Assembly (NCBI GenBank): GCA_001805445.1
Contig: MHGF01000034.1
Span: 102,451-166,450, forward strand
Direction: 5' to 3'
Length of the DNA stretch: 64,000 nt
Origin: Omnitrophica WOR_2 bacterium GWF2_43_52
Lineage (GTDB): Bacteria > Omnitrophota > Gorgyraeia > Gygaellales > UBA12090
The position numbers and the translations under genes were made by a program. Below the pieces are notes generated by a model. That model ran no database searches and was not told the DNA's origin. It worked only from the letters and a program-made list of their open reading frames with translations. This document shows, in pieces, positions 10,067 to 18,943 of this stretch. The first letter of the stretch is position 1, and the number at the start of each line of letters is the position of its first letter.

Positions 10067-10094
10067 TTGACGAGTTTGAGGAATGTGTTATAAT
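10067..10094 (+). promoter_or_regulatory. sigma70 promoter of rpmH operon
   Basis: TTGACG-N16-TATAAT with extended -10. Confidence 0.65.
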
Positions 10095-10191
10095 CGTAAA
10101 AATGCGCTAAGAGTGTGTTTAGTGGCTCATTTACCAGAGAGTTATGGCTCTCCCAAAATTACTAAAAGCTTAGAGAAAGGAAGTAGTTATT

Positions 10192-10329
10192 ATGAAGAAG
10201 CACCTGAAAACTCCTACCAAGATAAAAAGCAAGCGCCTCCAAGGATTCCGTCGAAAAATGAAAAGCGCTAGCGGCAGGGATGTTATAAAGCGCAGGCGCC
10301 AAAAGGGCAGAAAACGCTTGAGTCTTTAA
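10192..10329 (+). CDS. rpmH: 50S ribosomal protein L34 (not in ORF track)
   Basis: Manual translation MKKHLKTPTKIKSKRLQGFRRKMKSASGRDVIKRRRQKGRKRLSL. Confidence 0.9.
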   Translation: MKKHLKTPTKIKSKRLQGFRRKMKSASGRDVIKRRRQKGRKRLSL

Positions 10330-10613
10330 TGCCTTATTATTCCTGCGCGCGCGCAGTGTTATCAGCCTTAAGCTCATTCCTCAAGAAAGCGCTTGTCGCG
10401 GCAATCAGATGTTATCGTAGATATATTTCTATCCTGCTCCCCCCTTCTTGCCGGTATTATCCAAGCTGTTCGCATTATCTGGAAGAAGCTGTGGGAAGCT
10501 ATGGCTTCTTTTTGGGTTGTTGTAAAGGCGTAGTGAGAGTTTTACGATGTAATTATTTTTTTAACGGCGGTTATGATCCTATAAAAAGTTATGTTACTAA
10601 ACAGAAAGTGTAA
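10329..10613 (+). CDS. yidD: Membrane protein insertion efficiency factor
   Basis: YRRYIS..PPSCRYYPSCSHY..G..RVLRC..GGYDP. Confidence 0.9.
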   Translation: MPYYSCARAVLSALSSFLKKALVAAIRCYRRYISILLPPSCRYYPSCSHYLEEAVGSYGFFLGCCKGVVRVLRCNYFFNGGYDPIKSYVTKQKV

Positions 10614-10616
10614 AAA

Positions 10617-12182
10617 ATGAAAAAAAGAGCCTTTTTGGCAATGGCACTATCATTAGGAGTGCTTTTTCTTTGGCAAACAGCTGTACAAAAGATGTATCAT
10701 ATTGATAATAAAACAGTTACAAGTGGAGAGCCTCAGCAAATTCCCCCTGTCCAGATAGATGATGTTATATCTCCTCTCTCTTCTGCTCAGGATGTCTTAA
10801 AGAGCAGCGTGCCCGAATCATTCTTAGGCCAGATTGAAACTGCAAAAGTTAAACTTGAGTATTCCAATCCAGGAGCAAGAGTTAACAAAATATTTGTAAA
10901 AGATTATAATATTGATTCAGATATTAAGGGTAGTCTTTATCTAAAATCAATGGAGAATGATATATATATTTTTAAGGATAATGTAGGTGCTGAATTAAGT
11001 ATAAGCAAAAATGGACATTTTAATGTCCAAAAGCTTACCAGTTCAAACACGCATTATTTTTTCAATTTGGAGATCATTTTTAAGAATTTATCCGATTTAC
11101 CTTGGAAACTAAAGGATAAATTAGTTATAGCTACAATTGCTCCTAATGCCAAGGCCCAGGAGGCTCAATTGTCAGAAGTTGTTTTATTTGCTGAAGATAC
11201 GACAAGAAAGAATCCTCTTGGAATTAAGGGCGTATTTGTTTCACAGAATACGCTGAAAGCAATTGGTTATAGGGATCGCTATACATGTATCATCGTCAGC
11301 CCGCAGGATTCTCAGCAATCAAAAGGATATATAGAAAAGTCTACTCAACATAGCGTGGAGGTAGGATTAGATATAGACGAATTTAAAATATCACCCAAAG
11401 GCCAAAAAGTATTTAACTATCTTGTATATGTTGGGCCCCAAGACAAGGCAATGCTAAAGCAGGCTAATCAGGGTTTTGAGGGAATGGTTTATCATGGAAC
11501 GTTTGACTTTATTTCTACTACGTTACTTTCCGTTATGCAATTCTTTCACAAATTGTTCGGGAATTGGGGAATTGCGCTGATATTATTAAGTATTTTCATT
11601 TATGGATGTACCTATCCGCTTACCTTAAAGCAGATGCGTTCAATGAAGGAGATGCAAGATTTACAGCCCCAAATACAGGCTTTACAGCGTAATCATAAAG
11701 ATAACCCGCAAAGGCTGAATAAGGAAATTATGGAGTTGTATCGCAAGCATAAGGTTAATCCTTTAGGCGGCTGTTTACCCATGATTTTGCAGATTCCTGT
11801 TTTTTTCGGTTTATATCAGGCTCTTTCACGAGCAATTGTCTTAAAAGGCTCAAAATTTCTCTGGATTAAGGATCTTGCAGAGCCAGACAAGCTTTTCCAA
11901 ATTGCTAAGCCAGTGCCTTTTATCGGGACAGAGATAAATTTATTACCAATTTTGATGGCGCTGGGTATGTTTTTACAGCAGAAAATGAGCATGAAATCTT
12001 CTGCTACAAGTCCGGAGATGCGCGAGCAGCAAAAGATAATGGTTATTATTTTTCCGATCATGATGGGTTTTGTTTTCTATCATTTCCCTAGCGGACTCGC
12101 GCTTTATTGGTTTATGAATACAGCATTAAGCATCTTATCACAATGGAAAATATTAAAAGCAAAAGAATTAGCCAAGGCTTAA
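10617..12182 (+). CDS. yidC: Membrane protein insertase
   Basis: GNWGIALI, NPLGGCLPMILQIPVF, FLWIKDL..PD, PSGLALYW. Confidence 0.95.
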   Translation: MKKRAFLAMALSLGVLFLWQTAVQKMYHIDNKTVTSGEPQQIPPVQIDDVISPLSSAQDVLKSSVPESFLGQIETAKVKLEYSNPGARVNKIFVKDYNIDSDIKGSLYLKSMENDIYIFKDNVGAELSISKNGHFNVQKLTSSNTHYFFNLEIIFKNLSDLPWKLKDKLVIATIAPNAKAQEAQLSEVVLFAEDTTRKNPLGIKGVFVSQNTLKAIGYRDRYTCIIVSPQDSQQSKGYIEKSTQHSVEVGLDIDEFKISPKGQKVFNYLVYVGPQDKAMLKQANQGFEGMVYHGTFDFISTTLLSVMQFFHKLFGNWGIALILLSIFIYGCTYPLTLKQMRSMKEMQDLQPQIQALQRNHKDNPQRLNKEIMELYRKHKVNPLGGCLPMILQIPVFFGLYQALSRAIVLKGSKFLWIKDLAEPDKLFQIAKPVPFIGTEINLLPILMALGMFLQQKMSMKSSATSPEMREQQKIMVIIFPIMMGFVFYHFPSGLALYWFMNTALSILSQWKILKAKELAKA

Positions 12183-12367
12183 AATCTATAGAAACTGAGG
12201 GCAAGACCCCGGAAGAGGCGATAGTCAAGGCATTAGCTATGTTGAATGCCAAGCGCAGCGAAGTAAGAGTCAAAATTCTTTCTGAGGAGCAGCGGGGCCT
12301 TTTTGGCATGGAAGGAAGCAAGCCGGCAAAAGTTAAGGTAACTTTGCTCAAAGTGAAAAAGACTTGA
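12143..12367 (+). CDS. Stand-alone Jag/EloR N-terminal domain
   Basis: ETEGKTPEEAI..A...L......V..L..E.RGLFG...KPAKVKV; no KH/R3H follows; start uncertain. Confidence 0.75.
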   Translation: MENIKSKRISQGLKSIETEGKTPEEAIVKALAMLNAKRSEVRVKILSEEQRGLFGMEGSKPAKVKVTLLKVKKT

Positions 12368-12392
12368 CAGAAAAGAATACTTTTATCATACT
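12364..12392 (+). promoter_or_regulatory. sigma70 promoter for LAGLIDADG-parAB
   Basis: TTGACA-N17-CATACT. Confidence 0.65.
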
Positions 12393-12526
12393 ATGCTCAA
12401 GTATATACGCGAAATGAAGACAATTTGTCAAGGCGCAGCCTTAGAAATATAAGTAACAACTTTTAAGGCTGTGCCTTGATTATAAGCAAAAATGTTCCTT
12501 GCGGAAATGTTTAAACTAGAACATTT

Positions 12527-12982
12527 ATGCAAAAATTAGATCCTTGGTATATAACAGGATTCTGCGATGGAGAAGCTGCTTTTACCTATAGTAGGACCGG
12601 CGGAGCATTTAATTTATATTTTTCTCTGCGCCAACGGGAAGATAATCGGGAAATAGTAGAAAGAATCTGGAAATTCTTCGATTACATAGGTAATATTTAT
12701 AAGAGCAAAGGACAAGTTCCAGAGAAAGAGGGATATCCTGACCAGCAGGATTCAGCTTATTTTAGAGTTGCTAGAGTTGATCAGCTTTTAAAGGTTGTGG
12801 AGCATTTTGATAAATATCCTTTGCAGGGTAAAAAACAAAACGCTTATCTTGTCTGGCGTAAGATGGTAATATATAAAGATGAAAACTTTAGAAACACCGA
12901 TTACAATATTTTAAGAGAATTAGTTGCTGAATTGGCAAAAGTAAATCAAAAGAGCAGGGCGTTTAAAATTCATAGAAAGTAA
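12527..12982 (+). CDS. Single-motif LAGLIDADG homing-endonuclease-like protein
   Basis: PWYITGFCDGEAAF motif, F.L.Q, HFDKYPLQGKK...Y..W. Confidence 0.85.
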   Translation: MQKLDPWYITGFCDGEAAFTYSRTGGAFNLYFSLRQREDNREIVERIWKFFDYIGNIYKSKGQVPEKEGYPDQQDSAYFRVARVDQLLKVVEHFDKYPLQGKKQNAYLVWRKMVIYKDENFRNTDYNILRELVAELAKVNQKSRAFKIHRK

Positions 12983-13857
12983 TGGCTAAAATTATAGCAA
13001 TATGTAATCAAAAAGGCGGGACAGGAAAGACAACTACCGCAATTAATTTAGCAGCCGCTATCGCAATGGCAGGAAAGCGGGTTTTACTGGTAGACATTGA
13101 TCCTCAAGCTAATGCAACAAGTGGTTTTGGGATTGAAAAAGCAAAAATTTCTAAAAGCACTTATGATATTCTTGTAGAGGAAATGTCCAGTAATGAAATA
13201 TTAATGTCCAATTCTGAAGGAATAATGTCCATTTTGCCTTCAAATGCGCATTTAGCTGGTGCGGAAATAGAATTGGTGGCAGTTTTACGTAGAGAATACC
13301 GCTTAAAGAAAGCGATGGAAGGTGTAGCGAATGATTTTGACTATATCTTTATTGATTGTCCTCCTTCTTTAGGCCTTTTAACCATTAATGCTTTAACGTG
13401 CGCACACTCAGTATTGATTCCTGTGCAGTGCGAATATTACGCGCTTGAGGGCCTTACTCAGCTGCTTACTACCATTACTTTGGTGCATGATAATCTTAAT
13501 TCAAGCCTAACTATAGAAGGCGTTTTGATGACTATGGCGGACTACCGCACAAATCTTACCCAGGAAGTAATTACAGAAGTGAGAAATTACTTCAAGGAAA
13601 GAGTCTATAAGACAGTTATTCCTCGTAATATACGCTTAAGTGAAGCACCAAGCCATGGGAAGTCTATATTTCTCTATGATAAAGATTCTATAGGCGCCAA
13701 AAAATATTTGGAGTTGGCCTGCGAGATACTTGGGGTAGACAATATACAGCACACAGACAGCAAAAATGCTGCACACCTGGAATCTCATGAAGGTGTGCCA
13801 TCAATTACGAATGAGGCTGTAGAAGCGCAAAAGCCGCTAAAAGAAGGAGTTGCTTAA
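12982..13857 (+). CDS. parA: Chromosome partitioning ATPase ParA/Soj
   Basis: NQKGGTGKTT, DIDPQANAT, DCPPSLG, QCEYYALEG. Confidence 0.95.
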   Translation: MAKIIAICNQKGGTGKTTTAINLAAAIAMAGKRVLLVDIDPQANATSGFGIEKAKISKSTYDILVEEMSSNEILMSNSEGIMSILPSNAHLAGAEIELVAVLRREYRLKKAMEGVANDFDYIFIDCPPSLGLLTINALTCAHSVLIPVQCEYYALEGLTQLLTTITLVHDNLNSSLTIEGVLMTMADYRTNLTQEVITEVRNYFKERVYKTVIPRNIRLSEAPSHGKSIFLYDKDSIGAKKYLELACEILGVDNIQHTDSKNAAHLESHEGVPSITNEAVEAQKPLKEGVA

Positions 13858-13859
13858 AA

Positions 13860-14708
13860 ATGGAAAGAAAAGGACTGGGAAGAGGTTTAGGGGCGCTTAT
13901 TCCTGAAAAAGAGCCTTCACTGCGGGAGAAGGAGAAAATTGTTTACCTTCTTATTGATGAGATTCGGCCAAACCCCTATCAGCCAAGGGAAAATTTTGAC
14001 CATGAAAGTTTAGATGACTTAGTTGCTTCTATCAAAGAAAAGGGAATTATTCAACCGGTATTGGTTAGGCCGACTGCTTCAGGGTATGAGTTGATTGCGG
14101 GTGAAAGAAGGCTTCGTGCTGCTAACTCATTGAATATAAAAGAGATACCAGCTATAATCAAGGAGGCAAAAGATGAGGAATCCCTGGAGCTTGCCCTTAT
14201 AGAAAATATTCAGAGGCAGGATTTGAACCCTATTGAAGAAGCGTGTGCCTTTAAGCATTTAATAGAACGGTTTAGTTTTAGCCAGGAAAAGATTGCCCAG
14301 ACTATTGGAAAGGCAAGGGTTTCTGTGGCCAATACCTTACGTTTGTTAAAATTGCCCGCGGATATCCAGGCAATGATTCGTAAGAGCCTGCTTAGTTTTG
14401 CTCATGGCAAGGTGCTGCTTGAATTACAGGATGCCTCCCGCCAGGAGGCGTTGGCGCAGAGAGCGGTGTCTGAGGGTTTATCAGTAAAAGAATTAGAAGG
14501 ATTGATTTTGCCTCACCAAAAGGCACGGAAGCAAAAATCTCCCGCTGTTTTAAACGAACATCCCCACATAAAGGCTATTGAAGAAGAGCTTCAGCAATTT
14601 TTGGGCTCTAAAGTGCGCATTGTCCCCGGGCGTAAGCGCGGCGCTATTCTCATTGAATATTATTCCCATGATGACCTGGAACGGATATATAAGGCCATCA
14701 AGCGTTAA
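13860..14708 (+). CDS. parB: Chromosome partitioning protein ParB/Spo0J
   Basis: GLGRGLGALI, NPYQPR, GERRLRA, ENIQRQDLNPIEEA. Confidence 0.95.
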   Translation: MERKGLGRGLGALIPEKEPSLREKEKIVYLLIDEIRPNPYQPRENFDHESLDDLVASIKEKGIIQPVLVRPTASGYELIAGERRLRAANSLNIKEIPAIIKEAKDEESLELALIENIQRQDLNPIEEACAFKHLIERFSFSQEKIAQTIGKARVSVANTLRLLKLPADIQAMIRKSLLSFAHGKVLLELQDASRQEALAQRAVSEGLSVKELEGLILPHQKARKQKSPAVLNEHPHIKAIEEELQQFLGSKVRIVPGRKRGAILIEYYSHDDLERIYKAIKR

Positions 14709-14745
14709 CCTGTTTTCTTAGAAAATAAAAGGAGGGTGTTTAAAC

Positions 14746-15258
14746 ATGGGTGCAGAGCAAGCGACGTTAGTATTAATTAAACCTGATGGATTAAAAAAAT
14801 CGCTCACCGGAAATATATTAACTCGTCTCTCAGAGACGAAGTTAGAAATTGTGGCCGCGAAGATAGCCAAGGTCTCGAAAGAATTGGCGACGCAGCATTA
14901 TGTGCATTTGCAGGATAAGCCTTTTTTTGAGGAATTAATCTGTTACCTTATGGGTGAGCTTCACAGCCGGCGCAAAGTCATGGCGATGGTCTATTGGGGT
15001 GAAGATGCCATTAATAAGGTCCGCGCCTTAGCCGGCGCCACGAATCCCGAAGAAGCGGACCCTGTTTCTATCCGGGGAGCCTACGGAAGGATTACGACCA
15101 AAGGCGTCTATGAGAATGTGATTCATGCCTCAAGTAATGAGCAGGAGGCACAACGCGAGATTCAGCTTTGGTTTGGCCCCGATGAAATTATTGTTGACCT
15201 GTATCCTTCAAAAGAAATCATTGCCAAAGAAGTAAAACAGCGCGTTTGGGTAAAATAG
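14746..15258 (+). CDS. ndk: Nucleoside diphosphate kinase
   Basis: TLVLIKPDG, GATNP, NVIHAS. Confidence 0.9.
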   Translation: MGAEQATLVLIKPDGLKKSLTGNILTRLSETKLEIVAAKIAKVSKELATQHYVHLQDKPFFEELICYLMGELHSRRKVMAMVYWGEDAINKVRALAGATNPEEADPVSIRGAYGRITTKGVYENVIHASSNEQEAQREIQLWFGPDEIIVDLYPSKEIIAKEVKQRVWVK

Positions 15259-15278
15259 TAAAAGGAGAGATATCGCCA

Positions 15279-16094
15279 ATGTTAATCAGTATGACAGGGT
15301 TCGCGCAGGGCGCGGCACATTACAAAAATATACAGCTTCATGTGGAAATACGCAGCCTTAACCATCGTTATTTTGAATGCCTGACGCATCTCCCTGAGGG
15401 CCTAGGCGCGGTTGAGGAAATGGTCAAGACGCAGGTGAAAAATAAAATAAACCGCGGCAGGGTCAGTGTTGTTTTATCCATTGAGAAGCGGCATCCTAAG
15501 GTACAGGTAGATTATGATTTGGCGGAGAATTACCTTAAAACCTTGCGCCATCTCGGCCAGAGGCTGAAGTTAAACGATACCTTAAGCCTTAACGAGATTA
15601 TACATTTGGAAGGTATTATTAGGGTCGAGAAGATAACTCCGGGCCCGGAATTTATGCAGGCAGTAAAGCTGGTAACCAATAAGGCGCTTGAACAATTAAC
15701 CCTTATACGCCAAAAAGAGGGAAAGGCTTTGTCGGCAGATATCTTAGGGCGCCTAAGCGCGATACAAAAGGAAGTTGAAAAAATTATACACTGTGAAAAA
15801 AAGATAGAGGGCGAGAAAAAACGGCTGTTATCCGAAGAGGAGTACAGCGTCTTTAGCAAAAATACGGATATCAGCGAAGAATTAACGCGTATTAGCTATC
15901 ATTGCCGAAATTTTCTCGCGACCATCAAAAAACCAGCAGCCTGCGGGAAGGAGTTGGATTTTATTTCACAGGAGATCCAGCGGGAGGCAAATACTATCTC
16001 CGCTAAGGCGCAAAGCGCGAAGATTTCTTCGTCGGTAGTAAAGATAAAAAGCGGAATAGACAGGATTCGCGAACAGGTCCAGAATGTGGAATAA
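15279..16094 (+). CDS. yicC: YicC/YloC family endoribonuclease
   Basis: SMTGF, SLNHRYF, GKELDF..QE..REANT, REQVQNVE; start moved to ATG after SD. Confidence 0.9.
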   Translation: MLISMTGFAQGAAHYKNIQLHVEIRSLNHRYFECLTHLPEGLGAVEEMVKTQVKNKINRGRVSVVLSIEKRHPKVQVDYDLAENYLKTLRHLGQRLKLNDTLSLNEIIHLEGIIRVEKITPGPEFMQAVKLVTNKALEQLTLIRQKEGKALSADILGRLSAIQKEVEKIIHCEKKIEGEKKRLLSEEEYSVFSKNTDISEELTRISYHCRNFLATIKKPAACGKELDFISQEIQREANTISAKAQSAKISSSVVKIKSGIDRIREQVQNVE

Positions 16095-16683
16095 CAAAAA
16101 AAGGAGGGGCAGGCTTTTTATCGTCTCAGGTTCGTCAGGTTCGGGCAAGACCACGTTACTTGAGATGCTGCGGGGAAAAAAAGATTTCCATAAAAGCCTC
16201 GCGAAGATTGTTACCGTGACTACCCGTGTTCCCCGTAGTATGGAAAGAAACGGCAGGGATTATCACTTTATCTCTAAGGCAGAATTCCTCAGGCGAAAGG
16301 CACGAGGGGAATTCGCGGAATCGGAGCAAATTTACGGAGAATATTATGGGACTCCTAAGAAGGATTTAGAAATGATTTTGCGCAAAGGTAATGACGCGCT
16401 CTTATGTGTCGATGTGAAAGGAGCGCTGAGCTTAAAACGGCTTTTTCCGAAAGCTACGGTCCTTATTTTTATTGCCGCGCCCAGCCTTAAGAACCTTAAG
16501 GATCGGCTTAAGCGGCGTTTAAGCGAAACTACAGAATCCATGAGAAAGCGGCTTATTATCGTCAAAGACGAGATGCGCTTCGCTCGGTATTATCACTATG
16601 TTATTGTTAATGAGGTGTTATCCCAGGCACTGAAAAATTTATCGGCAGTAATTTTAGCGGAACGATTAAGGGTTGATTCTTAA
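16084..16683 (+). CDS. gmk: Guanylate kinase
   Basis: SGSSGSGKTT, TTRVPR..E.NGRDYHF, YYGTP. Confidence 0.95.
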   Translation: MWNNKKRRGRLFIVSGSSGSGKTTLLEMLRGKKDFHKSLAKIVTVTTRVPRSMERNGRDYHFISKAEFLRRKARGEFAESEQIYGEYYGTPKKDLEMILRKGNDALLCVDVKGALSLKRLFPKATVLIFIAAPSLKNLKDRLKRRLSETTESMRKRLIIVKDEMRFARYYHYVIVNEVLSQALKNLSAVILAERLRVDS

Positions 16684-16733
16684 TGAAACCCTTGATATAA
16701 TTTTTAATCTAAAAGACACAGGAGCAGGAAGCC

Positions 16734-16937
16734 ATGAAAACTATTTACCGTGAAGATTTGCTAGATAAGTCGGATTCCAGCATTTATAGGTTGATTATTG
16801 TTGCTACGAAGCGCGCGCTTGAGGTTGCCGAAGGTGCTCCCCGTTTGATCGAGGCCGAGGTAAATGTAAAACCGACAACCATTGCCCTTTTGGAGATTCT
16901 TGAGGGGAAAGTAAAAATGAAGAAGGGGAAAAGCTAA
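16734..16937 (+). CDS. rpoZ: RNA polymerase omega subunit
   Basis: SIYRL...ATKRA, KPTTIAL.EI..GKV; gmk-rpoZ-coaBC synteny. Confidence 0.9.
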   Translation: MKTIYREDLLDKSDSSIYRLIIVATKRALEVAEGAPRLIEAEVNVKPTTIALLEILEGKVKMKKGKS

Positions 16938-17014
16938 TCTTTCGATAACGCTGAAAGTGAATTCCTTGAAGATGAAGCTTCAGTCGCCTGGCACTCTAGT
17001 CGAAAAACGGATGC

Positions 17015-17240
17015 TACTACACCGTCAAATTAGTTTTTAATAGTGCGACGGTGTAGTAAAAGGGGTGTGGGGAAAGATTTTCCCCACGATTGGGGGGTGC
17101 TCAGTCCGCCGTAGGCGGACGCCGAAGGGGGGCTCCTTCGACAGGCTCAGGATGGTGAGCGAAGTCGAACCATTGCCCCCATAGCGGAAGTGCGGAGTCA
17201 AATTCCGCTTACCTATAAGAATTAATTTGACGGAGCACTA
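17015..17240. mobile_element. Family A MITE-like element with an extra nested REP-like insert
   Basis: TIR tactacaccgtcaaattag / taatttgacggagcacta; homolog of 4436-4629 plus ~40 bp ccttcgacaggctcaggatggtgagcgaagtcgaacc. Confidence 0.7.
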
Positions 17241-17247
17241 CCTGGAT

Positions 17248-17787
17248 ATGGCACGTAAAGAAATTGTTTTAGGGGTAACCGCGAGTATCGCAAGCTACAA
17301 GGCATGCGATATTATTCGGGATTTAAGCCAGGAAGGCTTTGGCGTGACGGTAGTCATGACTGATGATGCCAAGGAATTTATTACGCCCCTGAGCCTTGCG
17401 GTGCTTTCCCGTAATAAGGTTTATTCAGGGATGTTTACAGAGCCAGAAAGCTGGGATATTGAGCATATCGCGCTTTCAGATAAAGCGGATGTAATCCTCA
17501 TTGCCCCCGCGACGGCGAATATGATTAATAAATTAGCCTCCGGCATCTGCGATGATGTGTTGAGCGCGACGGTATTGGCTGCCAAGGCGCCGGTTTTGAT
17601 TGCGCCGGCAATGAATACCGCTATGTATGAGCATCCTATTACGCAGGAAAACATTGCCAAGCTGAAGAAAATAGGATATACCTTTATAGGCCCGCAAGAA
17701 GGAAAGCTGGCCTGTGGAAAGCGCGGCATTGGTTGTTTGGCAGATGTGGAAGATATTGTGAGAGAGGTAAAGAGGATCTTAAGATAG
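17248..17787 (+). CDS. coaC: Phosphopantothenoylcysteine decarboxylase (CoaC domain only)
   Basis: LGVTASIASYKA, HIAL, APATAN, APAMN, LACG; no CoaB domain. Confidence 0.85.
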   Translation: MARKEIVLGVTASIASYKACDIIRDLSQEGFGVTVVMTDDAKEFITPLSLAVLSRNKVYSGMFTEPESWDIEHIALSDKADVILIAPATANMINKLASGICDDVLSATVLAAKAPVLIAPAMNTAMYEHPITQENIAKLKKIGYTFIGPQEGKLACGKRGIGCLADVEDIVREVKRILR

Positions 17788-17793
17788 ATTTAT

Positions 17794-17868
17794 GGCGACG
17801 TAGCCAAGTGGTAAGGCAGTGGTCTGCAAAACCTCTATTCAGCGGTTCGAATCCGCTCGTCGCCTCCA
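17794..17868 (+). tRNA. tRNA-Cys(GCA)
   Basis: Cloverleaf ggcgacg...ctgcaaa...ggttcgaatcc...cgtcgcc-t-cca. Confidence 0.95.
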
Positions 17869-17904
17869 ATTTTTTGAGAAGCGAAATTTGATCCCGAGCA
17901 AACA

Positions 17905-18059
17905 TAATTAGTTACTGCTTAAAAACCTTTATTTTGCACGAATAGGCACAAATTACACACAAATACACACGAATTACTTCGTCGCTGTATTCGTGATGAT
18001 TAGTGTGTAATTCGTGGGAATTCGTGTTTAAAAGACGCTTTTTCAGTGATAACTAATTA
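17905..18059. mobile_element. Family B MITE-like element, near-identical to 22412-22566
   Basis: TIR taattagtta.../...taactaatta; internal cacgaat/attcgtg repeats. Confidence 0.8.
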
Positions 18060-18098
18060 TTTCAAGTTGATTTGCAAGGGGTTTGTATACTTTCTATT

Positions 18099-18181
18099 GG
18101 GCAAGTGGTGGAATGGCATACACGACAGACTTAAAATCTGTTGGCTGTAAGGTCGTGAGGGTTCGACTCCCTCCTTGCCCA
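18099..18181 (+). tRNA. tRNA-Leu(TAA)
   Basis: gggcaag...cttaaaa loop, long variable arm, ggttcgactcc, cttgccca. Confidence 0.95.
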
Positions 18182-18193
18182 TTTTCGAACGAT

Positions 18194-18247
18194 GGGCTCG
18201 TAGTTAAGCCCGCCTTCGCACTAACGTGCTACGGCGGACTGGTTAGA
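18194..18247 (+). pseudogene. tRNA 5' remnant interrupted in the D-loop by a palindrome
   Basis: gggctcgtagttaag[cccgccttcgcactaacgtgctacggcgga]ctggttaga. Confidence 0.55.
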
Positions 18248-18283
18248 AGTGTGTTCGCTGTAGGTGATGTGAATTAAGATTTC

Positions 18284-18370
18284 GGGCTCATAGCTCAGCT
18301 CCGACGAACCGATAAAAGCATTGGTTGTCGGAGTCCCGACTGAACGCAAGTGAGCGTCGGGATTGGTTAG
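18284..18370 (+). pseudogene. tRNA-Val 5' remnant interrupted in the D-loop by two palindromes
   Basis: gggctcatagctcag[ctccgac...gtcggag tcccgac...gtcggga]ttggttag; first 15 nt identical to the intact tRNA-Val. Confidence 0.7.
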
Positions 18371-18406
18371 TTGGTATTCATTATAGTCAAAGCGATTTAA
18401 ATATTC

Positions 18407-18480
18407 GGGCTCATAGCTCAGCTGGTTAGAGCGTTGCGTTGACATCGCAAAGGTCAGAGGTTCAAGTCCTCTTGGGCCCA
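18407..18480 (+). tRNA. tRNA-Val(GAC)
   Basis: gggctca...ttgacat loop...ggttcaagtcc...tgggccca. Confidence 0.95.
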
Positions 18481-18544
18481 GTAAAGCAGAATTAAGAATT
18501 AAGAGCTAAGAGAAAAGCAAAAACGGTAACTAATCATAGAACGT

Positions 18545-18943
18545 ATGAACATAAATAAAATTTCACAGTATTGGATCATCAATGGCAAGGAAAAGTGGAA
18601 GACTGCAGGAAGCTTGTTGCAATCAAGACGATATGCAGATGCTCTTTTTTATTGCCATTTGGCTTTAGAGGCGCAACTTAAAGCGGTTGTAGCTTTTAAA
18701 ACAAAGAAATTCCCTCCTTTAACCCATAATTTATTGCACTTGGCTTATTTAACAGGCTTAGAATTGCCTTCCAGGCAAATAGAAGAGTTAAAAGAAATTA
18801 CTACTTTCAATATCAAAACGCGCTATGATGATTATAAATTTTCTTTTTATAAGAAAGCAACAAAGAAATATGCGGAAAAATACTTTAAGATTACGGAAGA
18901 TTTATACTTATGGATAAAAAAAAATACACCTTCAAAGAAATAA
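18545..18943 (+). CDS. HEPN domain protein
   Basis: ALFYCHLALEAQLKA, THNL..L, TRY motifs. Confidence 0.85.
   Translation: MNINKISQYWIINGKEKWKTAGSLLQSRRYADALFYCHLALEAQLKAVVAFKTKKFPPLTHNLLHLAYLTGLELPSRQIEELKEITTFNIKTRYDDYKFSFYKKATKKYAEKYFKITEDLYLWIKKNTPSKK

Noticed and set aside
9915-10190. Possible oriC upstream of rpmH
   Set aside because: No dnaA gene and no convincing TTATCCACA cluster seen
12492-12507. parS-like sequence tgttccttgcggaaat upstream of parAB
   Set aside because: Only ~10/16 match to TGTTNCACGTGAAACA-type sites and the central ACGT is missing
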